Below are positions 7,667-15,348 of a DNA stretch of 24,000 bases, piece by piece (the first letter of the stretch is position 1; the number at the start of each line of letters is the position of its first letter). The position numbers and the translations under genes were made by a program. The notes below the pieces were generated by a model. The model was not told the origin of the DNA and made no database searches. It worked only from the letters and a program-made list of their open reading frames with translations. This DNA is from Pannonibacter carbonis (lineage in GTDB: Bacteria > Pseudomonadota > Alphaproteobacteria > Rhizobiales > Stappiaceae). The stretch lies in assembly GCF_003012935.1 (NCBI RefSeq), contig NZ_PUDR01000001.1:114182-138181 (forward strand), written 5' to 3'.

Positions 7667-8412
7667 GACCGCCGCCTCCTGAGGGGCCCGAGCGAATCGT
7701 CCCTTACTCCCGCAAGTTCAGCGGCAACCAGTGCCGCCTCCGCTTCGGCGCAAATGTCCAGAAGCCGCTCCCTTGCTGCCTTGCCGGCATCCTCCTCGCG
7801 CGCCAGTCTGGTGCTTGAGGCAACGAGCGTCAAAGCAGCAAACAACGCCCCGGACGCCGCGCGCACCGGCGCTGCAATGGCACTGACGCCGGGAACAGGC
7901 TCATCGCTGACGGCGGCATAACCGCAGCGCTGAACACTCTCGTCCTTCGAACCCACATCTGAAAAAGCCGCGAAGACCCGCCCCGTCGCCGTGTCACCCG
8001 GAGCATAGACGGTGCCCATGCGGATGTTGACGTTGAGGGTTTCGCCGCCGTCGAAGCGATGAATGACCGTGGCGCCCTGAGGTCCGGCAACTGTCACCGT
8101 CACCATGAGGCCGAGTTCCGTTCCAAGCCGTGTGGCCGCTGCGATCACCTCGCGATAGGCTGGAACGGTACGCAGCCGCGCCATCGCAAGACGAACCGCG
8201 AACGGCCCCATAAGGTACCGGCCGGTCTCGGGGCTCTGTTCGACAAATCCGGCCCGCTTCAGGCTGGCCAGATAGGCATGCGCCTGGGCAGGAGCCAGGT
8301 CAGCCTCTGCTGCCAGATCCTTCAGCATCATCGGTCCTGCATGCCGCATCAAGGCACTGAGGATCCGCCCGCCGATTTCAACCGACTGGATGCCCCGCCG
8401 CTTTTCGCTCAC
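7663..8412 (-). CDS. IclR-family transcriptional regulator (paralogue B)
   Basis: 249 aa. The N-terminus MSEKRRGIQSVEIGGRILSAL...LAPAQAHAYLASLKRAGFVEQ aligns residue for residue with paralogue A. GTG start preceded by GGGGGAG. Confidence 0.88.
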   Translation of the reverse strand: MSEKRRGIQSVEIGGRILSALMRHAGPMMLKDLAAEADLAPAQAHAYLASLKRAGFVEQSPETGRYLMGPFAVRLAMARLRTVPAYREVIAAATRLGTELGLMVTVTVAGPQGATVIHRFDGGETLNVNIRMGTVYAPGDTATGRVFAAFSDVGSKDESVQRCGYAAVSDEPVPGVSAIAAPVRAASGALFAALTLVASSTRLAREEDAGKAARERLLDICAEAEAALVAAELAGVRDDSLGPLRRRRS

Positions 8413-8526
8413 CCGGTCTCCCCCCGTTTCTGCAAATACCTAAGCCGCCCCAACAGCAAAGGCAATGAGTGCGCAAAAAGCATCCGTCCTCTTCCGCACT
8501 GCACCATCCGGCTTTCACGCCAATGA

Positions 8527-8576
8527 CTTGACAAAATCACCGCGTCGTAATTAGTTCGATCACAGAACGAATAAAT
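8527..8576 (+). promoter_or_regulatory. Candidate promoter (-35 CTTGAC) and imperfect 27-bp palindrome upstream of the ROK regulator gene
   Basis: CTTGAC lies at 8527-8532. ATTAGTTCGATC (8550-8561)-aca-GAACGAATAAAT (8565-8576) form half-sites complementary at 9 of 12 positions. They sit where a -10/TSS would fall, 28 bp before the TTG start. The region is the divergent intergenic space shared with IclR paralogue B. Confidence 0.4.
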
Positions 8577-8603
8577 AACCCGGCAGCGGAACAGGCACTC
8601 CCC

Positions 8604-9842
8604 TTGAGCGACAGCCCGAGCATTTCCCGGCAGTTTTCCCTGTGCACGGTCATGGAGACGATCGTGCATTGCGGGCCGATCTCGCGGGCCAGCATCGCCA
8701 AGCAGACCGGCCTGTCAAAGCAGACGATCTCCGAGATTGCCCGCCAGCTCGAGGAAGACGGCTGGATCCGGGAGACTGGTCGCACCAGCGGTCACGTCGG
8801 CCGCACCGCCATCACCTATGAAATCGTCCCCGAGGCCTCCTGCATCGCTGCCATCGATCTTGGTGGACGCAAGCTGCGCGCCGCCATTGCAGATCTCGCC
8901 GGCAATGTGCTGGCGGAAGTCACCGAGCCGACCGACCTGCGCGGCGGCCGCCATGTGGTCGAGCAGATTGCAAGCCTTGCCCACCGGGCGAGTGCACATA
9001 CCGGCATCCCGTTTGAGAAGGTTCGCCTTGCAATCGTCGGGGTTCCAGGCGCGCCGGACCGCACCACCGGCCGCGTCCTGATGGCACCGAACATTCCCGG
9101 CCTCGATGAATTCGATGTCAGCAGCGCGCTTGCCGAACTGCTCGGCACGGACGTTGTTCTGGAAAACGATGTCAATCTTGCCGTGATCGGCGAACGCTGG
9201 GCGGGAAGCGCAAACGGGATCGATGATCTCGCCTATATCGCCATCGGCACGGGCATCGGCGCCGGTGTCATGGTGGGCGGGGAGCTGGTGCGCGGAGCCG
9301 GCAACGCCGCCGGCGAACTCGGGTTTCTACCCTTCGGCAGCGACCCGTTTGAGCCCGAGTCGCTCAAGGTTGGCGCTCTCGAGCGCGCAACGGCGACCGC
9401 CGGCATCTGTGCCCGGTATCAGGCCCTGACCGGACGCAACGCCGATGTCCCGACGATCTTTGCTGCCGCGTCGGGAGGCCAGGCCGAGGCCGGACGCGTG
9501 CTGAACGAGACGGCACACCATCTGGCTCTCACCATCGCCGTTCTGAGTGCCGTGACCAATCCAAGGCGCGTTGTGCTGGGTGGTTCGATTGGCCGACGGA
9601 TGGAACTGGTCGAACGGATCCGTGCCCTGTTGCCCTTGTGCGTGCCGTTGCCGGTGGAGATCGGTGTGTCGTCGCTGGGCTCGCGGGTCACACTGGTCGG
9701 AGGCGTCGCCATCGGCCTCAGCCATCTTCATTCCGCCCTGTTTTCAGGCGGCGTTCCGGGCGCGCAGATCAGCCTGCCCCCGGCCCGGGTCAGCATCGTT
9801 GCTGGCTCATCAGTCACGCTTCAATCCGGCCCGTTGGCCTGA
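8604..9842 (+). CDS. ROK-family transcriptional regulator (NagC/XylR-like), zinc motif absent
   Basis: 412 aa. N-terminal wHTH (HCGPISRASIAKQTGLSKQTISEIARQLEEDGWI), ROK sugar-kinase-like core (AIDLGGRK, YIAIGTGIGAGVMVGGELVRGAGNAAGELG). A TTG start at 8604 is assumed. The alternative ATG at 8652 would cut into the helix preceding the HTH. Confidence 0.82.
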   Translation: MSDSPSISRQFSLCTVMETIVHCGPISRASIAKQTGLSKQTISEIARQLEEDGWIRETGRTSGHVGRTAITYEIVPEASCIAAIDLGGRKLRAAIADLAGNVLAEVTEPTDLRGGRHVVEQIASLAHRASAHTGIPFEKVRLAIVGVPGAPDRTTGRVLMAPNIPGLDEFDVSSALAELLGTDVVLENDVNLAVIGERWAGSANGIDDLAYIAIGTGIGAGVMVGGELVRGAGNAAGELGFLPFGSDPFEPESLKVGALERATATAGICARYQALTGRNADVPTIFAAASGGQAEAGRVLNETAHHLALTIAVLSAVTNPRRVVLGGSIGRRMELVERIRALLPLCVPLPVEIGVSSLGSRVTLVGGVAIGLSHLHSALFSGGVPGAQISLPPARVSIVAGSSVTLQSGPLA

Positions 9843-9863
9843 ACCCGAGGGAACCGACCCAAG

Positions 9864-11123
9864 ATGACGGACGTTGCTGCCCTTGCCGAGCGCCTGCGCG
9901 CCGCGCTTGATAGTGATCAGGTCATTGCGCTGCTGCGCGGCGCAGTCGCCTGCAATTCAATCACGGGCAACGAGGCCTCCATGGTCGCGTACCTGAAGCC
10001 CGAAATGCAGCGGCTGGGCCTCGCGCCACAGACGGCAGACTTCCAGCCCGGCCGCCCCAACATCTGGGGCGAGCGGAAGGGCACGGGCACCGGTCCGCGC
10101 CTCCTCTTCATGGGGCACACGGACACGGTGCATGTGAAAGGCTGGGCCGAGAAATGGGCCGGGACCGAGCGCGAGAACCCCTTTGGCGGTGCGCTGGTCG
10201 ATGGCGAGATCTGGGGCCGCGGCACCGGTGACCTGAAGGCCGGCATCTGCACCAGCCTCGCCGCCCTCGACCTCCTCGACCGTGCAGGGATCAAGCTTGC
10301 CGGCGATGTCGCCTATGCCTTTGTCGGCGATGAGGAAAGCGGAGAGGAAGGCACCGGCGTCAGCGCGGGCGTCAATGCCTACACGCGGCTGGTCGAGACG
10401 GGCGATGTCGCCCGGCCGGACTTTGCCGTCTATGTCGAACCGACGCAACTCAATGTCTTGACCGCCCAGATGGGTTTCTTCATCGCCGATCTGACCCTGA
10501 CCGGAAGATCAGCCTATTTCGGCGTGCCGGAGCAAGGGATCGACGCCTTGAAGGCCGCGCACCGGCTGCAGACGGCCCTGTTTGCCCATTCGGATGCAAT
10601 CGCCATCCGGTCGGAGCATCCGCTTGTTGGCCGCGCCTTCCTGCTGATCACGCATCTGGAGGCCGGCGGATACATTGCCGTTCCGGGAACCTGCCGGCTC
10701 TCCCTGATCCGCAAGCTGCTGCCCGGCGAAAGCCTCGACACGGCGGTGGCGGAGTTCGAGGCCGCGGCCCGTGGCAGCCTGACAGGGACGACTGTCCACC
10801 TCGACATCCGCTATCCGGCAGGCCGGGACCACGCCTTTGGCGGTTCCCCCGCCGAGATTGATCCCGAACACCCGGCCGCCCTGCTCATGTCCGCAGCCAT
10901 TGGCGCGGAGATGCAGGGCAAGGGTGCCATCGCCGGAGCACCCTACTGGTCGGAATCGCCTTTCCTGATCAACCGCCTTTCCTGCCCGGCGATCTATTGC
11001 GCCCCGGGCGACATCAGCAACTGCCACACCCTCGAGGAACGAGTGAACGTGGCGGACTACCTCAGCGGCATCGTCGCCTTTGCCAGCTTCATTGCCGCCT
11101 ATTGCGGTGTTCAGGGCACCTGA
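9864..11123 (+). CDS. M20-family metallopeptidase/deacylase (ArgE/DapE/ACY1-like)
   Basis: 419 aa. Metal and catalytic motifs MGHTDTV, GRGTGDLKAG and GDEESGEEG. RBS GAGGGAA. Lies 21 bp after the ROK gene. Confidence 0.85.
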   Translation: MTDVAALAERLRAALDSDQVIALLRGAVACNSITGNEASMVAYLKPEMQRLGLAPQTADFQPGRPNIWGERKGTGTGPRLLFMGHTDTVHVKGWAEKWAGTERENPFGGALVDGEIWGRGTGDLKAGICTSLAALDLLDRAGIKLAGDVAYAFVGDEESGEEGTGVSAGVNAYTRLVETGDVARPDFAVYVEPTQLNVLTAQMGFFIADLTLTGRSAYFGVPEQGIDALKAAHRLQTALFAHSDAIAIRSEHPLVGRAFLLITHLEAGGYIAVPGTCRLSLIRKLLPGESLDTAVAEFEAAARGSLTGTTVHLDIRYPAGRDHAFGGSPAEIDPEHPAALLMSAAIGAEMQGKGAIAGAPYWSESPFLINRLSCPAIYCAPGDISNCHTLEERVNVADYLSGIVAFASFIAAYCGVQGT

Positions 11124-11174
11124 CACCACCCCAGGCCATATGGGCCCAGTCGTACAGTAACGGGAGGAACTGAC

Positions 11175-12230
11175 ATGACATTGACCAAGCTTCTCGGCGC
11201 GCTCTCCGTAGCCGCCCTTCTTGCATCCACGCCGGCCCTGGCCCAGACCACGGGACCAAAAGGCGAAGCCGCCGTCGCCACCAGCACCGTCACTGTCAGC
11301 GATGCCCAGGCGGCCAAGCTGAAGACGGGCGGCCACAAGGCAGCGCTTCTCTGGCATGACCAGTCCGATTTCGTGAACGCTGTCACCGCCGGTGCCTCGG
11401 ACGAATTCGCCCGCCTCGGCATCGAGGTCGTCGCCACCACCAGCGCCGGTTTCGACGCGGCCAAGCAGCGCTCCGACATCGAGACGGCGCTCGCCAAGAA
11501 GCCGAACATCGTGCTCGCCCTGCCGCTGGATCCGGTCACCTCGGCTGCTGCCTTCAAGGAAGCCAAGGATGCGGGCGTGAAGCTTGTCTTCCTTTCCAAC
11601 CTGCCGAAGGACTACGTCCATCCGGCCGACTATGCGGCCATCGTCACCGACGACCTGTTCCAGATGGGCAAGCAGGCCGCCGACGCGCTGGCCAAGTCCA
11701 TGGGCGGCAAGGGCACGGTCGGCTGGATCTATCACGACGCCGACTATTACGTGACCAACCAGCGCGACAACGCCTTCAAGTCGACCATCGAGAAGGACTA
11801 TCCGGACATCAAGATCGTCGCGGAAGAGGGCATTTCCGACCCGGCCCGCGCCGAGGAAATCGCCAACGCGATGCTTCTGAAGAACCCGGATCTCGGCGGC
11901 ATCTATGTCACCTGGGCCGGTCCGGCCGAAGGCGTGCTCGCAGCGCTCCGCGCCAACGGCAACAAGACCACCAAGATCGTCACCCTCGACCTGTCCGAGC
12001 CGATCGCCCTCGACATGGTGAAGGGCGGCAATGTCGCCGCCATTGTCGCCGATGAGGCCTATGAACTCGGCCGCGCCATGGCGGCCACCGGCGCGCTGGC
12101 CCTGCTGGGCGAACAGACCCCGGCCTTCATCGTCGCCCCGGCGGTCACCGCCAATGCCGACACGGTCGCCGAAGCCTGGCAGCAGTCGCTGCGCAAGGAC
12201 GCTCCCAAGAGCGTGCTGACCGCGAAGTAA
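11175..12230 (+). CDS. Sugar-type ABC transporter periplasmic substrate-binding protein (type I PBP, RbsB/FrcB-like)
   Basis: 351 aa. Signal peptide MTLTKLLGALSVAALLASTPALAQ. RBS GGGAGGA. Resembles the Peripla_BP family. Confidence 0.85.
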   Translation: MTLTKLLGALSVAALLASTPALAQTTGPKGEAAVATSTVTVSDAQAAKLKTGGHKAALLWHDQSDFVNAVTAGASDEFARLGIEVVATTSAGFDAAKQRSDIETALAKKPNIVLALPLDPVTSAAAFKEAKDAGVKLVFLSNLPKDYVHPADYAAIVTDDLFQMGKQAADALAKSMGGKGTVGWIYHDADYYVTNQRDNAFKSTIEKDYPDIKIVAEEGISDPARAEEIANAMLLKNPDLGGIYVTWAGPAEGVLAALRANGNKTTKIVTLDLSEPIALDMVKGGNVAAIVADEAYELGRAMAATGALALLGEQTPAFIVAPAVTANADTVAEAWQQSLRKDAPKSVLTAK

Positions 12231-12240
12231 GCTCACGACT

Positions 12241-12270
12241 GCGCCCGGCCACCGTCGCGCGGTCGGGTGC
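12241..12270 (+). other. Stem-loop after the binding-protein gene
   Basis: GCGCCCGGCC (12241-12250) pairs with GGUCGGGUGC (12261-12270). That gives 10 bp including two G-U pairs, with a 10-nt loop and no U tract. It begins 11 nt after the TAA stop. Confidence 0.35.
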
Positions 12271-12335
12271 ATGTCCCATCCCTGACAACAGGCCTTCAAC
12301 GGGCCCGGCAAGGCCGGTTCGGAAACGGAACACCC

Positions 12336-13313
12336 ATGTCCACCAATACGTCCCTGAAGCCGGTCGCCCGGGTGCCGCTCCTGTCGCGTCTGGAGCCGCA
12401 GCAATTCGTGCTCTACCTCGGCTTTGCCGCGATCTTCCTGTTCTTCGCCGTCACTCTGGCCGATGACGGCTTCCTGACGACGCGCAATCTCTCCAACATC
12501 GTGCTGCAGACGGCGCCGGCCACCGTGATGGCCATCGGCCTCGTCTTCGTGCTCTCCGCCGGCGAGATCGACCTGTCCTTCGGCTCCATCGTCGCCGTCT
12601 CAGCGCTGGCCGCCGCTGTCGTCATGCAGGAACACTCGCTGTTCCTGGGCGTGCTTGCAGGGCTCGGCGCAGGACTTGCCATCGGCTGGCTCAATGGCAT
12701 GCTCGTCGCCTATCTTGGCCTGCCGTCCTTCCTGGTCACGCTGGCGACCATGGGTCTGTTTGCGGGACTGGCACGCTCGATGACGAACCTGCGCTCAATC
12801 CCCGTTGTCGACGACGCCTTTACCGGCTTCTTTGGCTCAGGCAGCCTGTTCGGCATTCCGTCACTCATCCTTTGGACGCTTGGCGCAGTCATCGTTGGCC
12901 ACATAATTTACCGCCAGACCCGCTTCGGCGCGCATGTGGTGGCCACTGGCGACAATGCCCGCGCCGCCCAGGTCTCCGGCATCAAGGTGCCGCGTCTGCG
13001 CCTCACCGTCTTGATGCTAAGCGGGCTCTGCGCCGGCCTTGCCGGGCTGCTCTATGCCGGCCGCCTGCAGGCCGCCAAATACACGCTCGGCGAAAGCGAC
13101 CTGATGACGGTGATCGCCGCGGTCATCGTCGGCGGCACGGCGCTGAATGGCGGCAAGGGAACTGTTGTCGGTGCGCTCGTCGGATCGCTGCTGATGGGCA
13201 TGCTCAACAACGGCCTCATCCTCATGGGCCTGTCCGTGTCCGACCAGATGATCGTGCGCGGCCTCATCATCCTCGTTGCCGTCGCCATCTCGCTGCGCGA
13301 CACAACCCGATAG
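12336..13313 (+). CDS. Sugar-type ABC transporter permease (RbsC/FrcC-like)
   Basis: The ORF 12267-13313 is trimmed to the ATG at 12336 (MSTNTSLKPV...), preceded by GGAAACGGAA. Multi-TM protein with a branched-chain/ribose permease-family look (GEIDLSFGS..., GGTALNGGKGTVVG). Confidence 0.85.
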   Translation: MSTNTSLKPVARVPLLSRLEPQQFVLYLGFAAIFLFFAVTLADDGFLTTRNLSNIVLQTAPATVMAIGLVFVLSAGEIDLSFGSIVAVSALAAAVVMQEHSLFLGVLAGLGAGLAIGWLNGMLVAYLGLPSFLVTLATMGLFAGLARSMTNLRSIPVVDDAFTGFFGSGSLFGIPSLILWTLGAVIVGHIIYRQTRFGAHVVATGDNARAAQVSGIKVPRLRLTVLMLSGLCAGLAGLLYAGRLQAAKYTLGESDLMTVIAAVIVGGTALNGGKGTVVGALVGSLLMGMLNNGLILMGLSVSDQMIVRGLIILVAVAISLRDTTR

Positions 13314-13327
13314 AAGGAACCCGGATC

Positions 13328-14533
13328 ATGTTTCTCGACCTTCTGCGCCGCCGCAACCCGGCCTTCGTCGAAGCGGCCATGGCCCTGCACCGGGCCGGAC
13401 ATATCCCCGCGAACGCCTATGTGCTCGACCTCGACACGGTGGAAGACAATGCCCGCCTGTTCAAGGCAGAAGCCGACCGCCATGGCCTGAAGGTCTTCGC
13501 CATGACCAAGCAGGTCGGGCGCAACAGCGGCTTCTCGCGCGCCGTCCTGCGCGGCGGCATCGACCGGGCGGTTGCCGTCGACATGGCCTGCGCCATCGCC
13601 TGCCACAAGGCGGGCCTGAAGACCGGGCACCTCGGCCACCTCGTCCAGGTGCCGCGCTTCGAGGCCGCCATGGCCGCCCGCGACCTTCAGCCGGACTACT
13701 GGACGGTTTTCAGCGACGACAAGGCGGTGGAAGCTGCGTCCGCCGCCAAGGCCGCCGGTCGCACGCAGAACCTGATGGCGCGCATCCACACCGCAGGTGA
13801 CACGTTCTACAAGGGGCATGAAGGCGGCTTCCCGGCCGAAGATATTGCCGCTGTGGCTGACCGCATCGACGCGCTGGACGGCGCCCGCTTCGCCGGCCTC
13901 ACCTCCTTCCCGGCGCTGCTCTATGACAACGCCACACGCACGGTGAACCCGACACACAATCTCACGACCCTCGCCCGCGCTGCGGATGCCCTGCGCAAGG
14001 GCGGCCGCAGTGAGGTAGAGATCAACGCGCCAGGAACCACCTCTTCCGCCGTGCTGCACCACCTGGCCAATGCCGGCGCAACCCAGTGCGAACCGGGCAA
14101 CGGCCTGCACGGCACCACGCCGCTGCATGCGCTGGAAGACCTGCCGGAGCGTCCGGCCGTGCTTTACCTTACTGAGGTCTCGCATCTGCACCAGGGCCGC
14201 GCCTACTGCTTCGGCGGCGGTCTCTATATCGATCCGGTCTTCCCGGACTACGGCCTCAAGGCCCTTGTGTCGGCAGAGCCCACAGTGGCAGACGCAGCGC
14301 TGCGCCCGGTCGAGATCCCCCCGCCCTCGGCCATCGACTATTACGGCATGATCGACTGTGCCGGGCATCCGGCACCCAGGAGCGGCGACACCGTCGTCTT
14401 CGGCTTCCGCGGCCAGGCCTTCGTCAAGCGCGGCTACATCGTCGGCGTTCGAGGCATCGCCTCCGGCACGCCGACGGTCGAGACCATCCAGAACATCTTC
14501 GGTCAGGCCGAGCCCTGGCCAAACCTGAGCTGA
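13328..14533 (+). CDS. YhfX-like protein, alanine-racemase-N (fold-type III PLP) domain, predicted amino-acid racemase family
   Basis: The real gene starts at the ATG at 13328 (RBS GAAGGAA); the upstream part of ORF 12872-14533 overlaps the permease out of frame. MFLDLLRRRNPAFVEAAMALH...FAMTKQVGRN...GHLGHLVQVP resembles E. coli YhfX as I recall it. The Lys in AMTKQ is the likely PLP lysine. Confidence 0.78.
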   Translation: MFLDLLRRRNPAFVEAAMALHRAGHIPANAYVLDLDTVEDNARLFKAEADRHGLKVFAMTKQVGRNSGFSRAVLRGGIDRAVAVDMACAIACHKAGLKTGHLGHLVQVPRFEAAMAARDLQPDYWTVFSDDKAVEAASAAKAAGRTQNLMARIHTAGDTFYKGHEGGFPAEDIAAVADRIDALDGARFAGLTSFPALLYDNATRTVNPTHNLTTLARAADALRKGGRSEVEINAPGTTSSAVLHHLANAGATQCEPGNGLHGTTPLHALEDLPERPAVLYLTEVSHLHQGRAYCFGGGLYIDPVFPDYGLKALVSAEPTVADAALRPVEIPPPSAIDYYGMIDCAGHPAPRSGDTVVFGFRGQAFVKRGYIVGVRGIASGTPTVETIQNIFGQAEPWPNLS

Positions 14534-14538
14534 CCGCC

Positions 14539-15303
14539 ATGACAGACAAGACCGAGACTTCCCTCACCCATGGCCGGCCGATGCTGGAACTGACCAACAT
14601 CCACAAGGCCTTTGGCGGCGTCGTCGCCATCGAGGACTTTTCCCTGACCGTCCGCGCCGGCGAGATCGTGGCTCTCGTCGGCGACAATGGCGCCGGCAAG
14701 TCGACGCTGATCAAAATCATCTCCGGCGTCTACACGCCCACCTCCGGCTCCATCGCGCTGGACGGCGCTCCGGTGCAGTTCTCCGATGCGAGTTCTGCAA
14801 GAGCGAGCGGCATCGAGGTGGTCTATCAGGATCTGGCGCTGGCCGACCATCAGCCGGTCTACATGAACCTGTTCCTCGGCCGCGAGAAGACGAAGCCCCC
14901 CTTCGGCCTTCTCGACCGCAAGGCGATGATGCAGGAAACGCAGGCACTGGTGGACGAACTGGACGTGCGCATCCCCTCCGCCCGGGCCACCATCAAGGAT
15001 CTCTCCGGCGGCCAGCGCCAGGGCATCGCCATCGCAAGGGCCACGCACTGGGCCAAGAAGCTGGTGCTGCTCGACGAGCCGACGGCCGCGCTCGGCGTTG
15101 CGGAAACGGCCAAGGTGGAGAAGATCGTCGAGGCCCTGCGCGCCCGGGACCTCGCCATCCTGATCATCAGCCACAGCCTCGATCAGGTCTTCCGCCTCTC
15201 CGATCGTATCTGCGTATTGCGCCGGGGCAAGCAGATCGGCGTGCGCGAGACGGCAAAGACCGACAAGAACGAGATCGTCTCGATGATCACCGGCGTTCAC
15301 TGA
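14539..15303 (+). CDS. ABC transporter ATP-binding protein, single-cassette sugar type (FrcA-like)
   Basis: 254 aa. Walker A GDNGAGKST, signature LSGGQRQ, Walker B LVLLDEPT. Confidence 0.9.
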   Translation: MTDKTETSLTHGRPMLELTNIHKAFGGVVAIEDFSLTVRAGEIVALVGDNGAGKSTLIKIISGVYTPTSGSIALDGAPVQFSDASSARASGIEVVYQDLALADHQPVYMNLFLGREKTKPPFGLLDRKAMMQETQALVDELDVRIPSARATIKDLSGGQRQGIAIARATHWAKKLVLLDEPTAALGVAETAKVEKIVEALRARDLAILIISHSLDQVFRLSDRICVLRRGKQIGVRETAKTDKNEIVSMITGVH

Positions 15304-15315
15304 GCAACCGCACGG

Positions 15316-15346
15316 GAGGGCGCAACGCCGGTGTTGCGCCCTCTTT
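15316..15346 (+). terminator. Terminator hairpin between convergent operons
   Basis: gagggcgcaac (15316-15326) and gttgcgccctc (15333-15343) form a perfect 11-bp stem with a 6-nt loop. It is followed on the plus strand by TTTCGCT, a short U tract. It lies 13 nt after the ATPase stop and abuts the TAG of the convergent VWA gene. Confidence 0.6.
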
Positions 15347-15348
15347 CG

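Noticed and set aside
10509-12404. 631-aa ORF on the minus strand
   Set aside because: It runs antisense across three convincing plus-strand genes (M20 3' end, binding protein, permease 5' end) and their intergenic regions. The composition is low-complexity and Arg/Gly/Asp-rich with no domain signature.
12872-13327. N-terminal extensions suggested by the ORF track: 12872-13327 for the YhfX-like gene, 5900-6079 for the flavoprotein, 6687-6728 for the SDR, 3099-3140 for dctP, 21053-21334 for urtD, 22219-22332 for urtC, 23093-23323 for urtB, 12267-12335 for the permease, and 17626-17655 for the VWA gene
   Set aside because: The extensions overlap the preceding gene or an intergenic hairpin, encode Arg/Pro-rich junk, and lack an RBS. 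The internal starts have good Shine-Dalgarno sequences and give canonical family N-termini.
13052-14368. 438-aa minus-strand ORF opposite the YhfX-like gene, plus similar long antisense ORFs at 1992-3092, 16168-16965, 17483-18625, 18516-19637, 19597-20364, 20294-21406, 21313-22194 and 22169-23212
   Set aside because: Each lies opposite a gene with clear family motifs (YhfX-like, DctP, VWA, CbbQ-like, AmiE, UrtE/D/C/B). None has an RBS or a recognisable fold. They are high-GC antisense artefacts.
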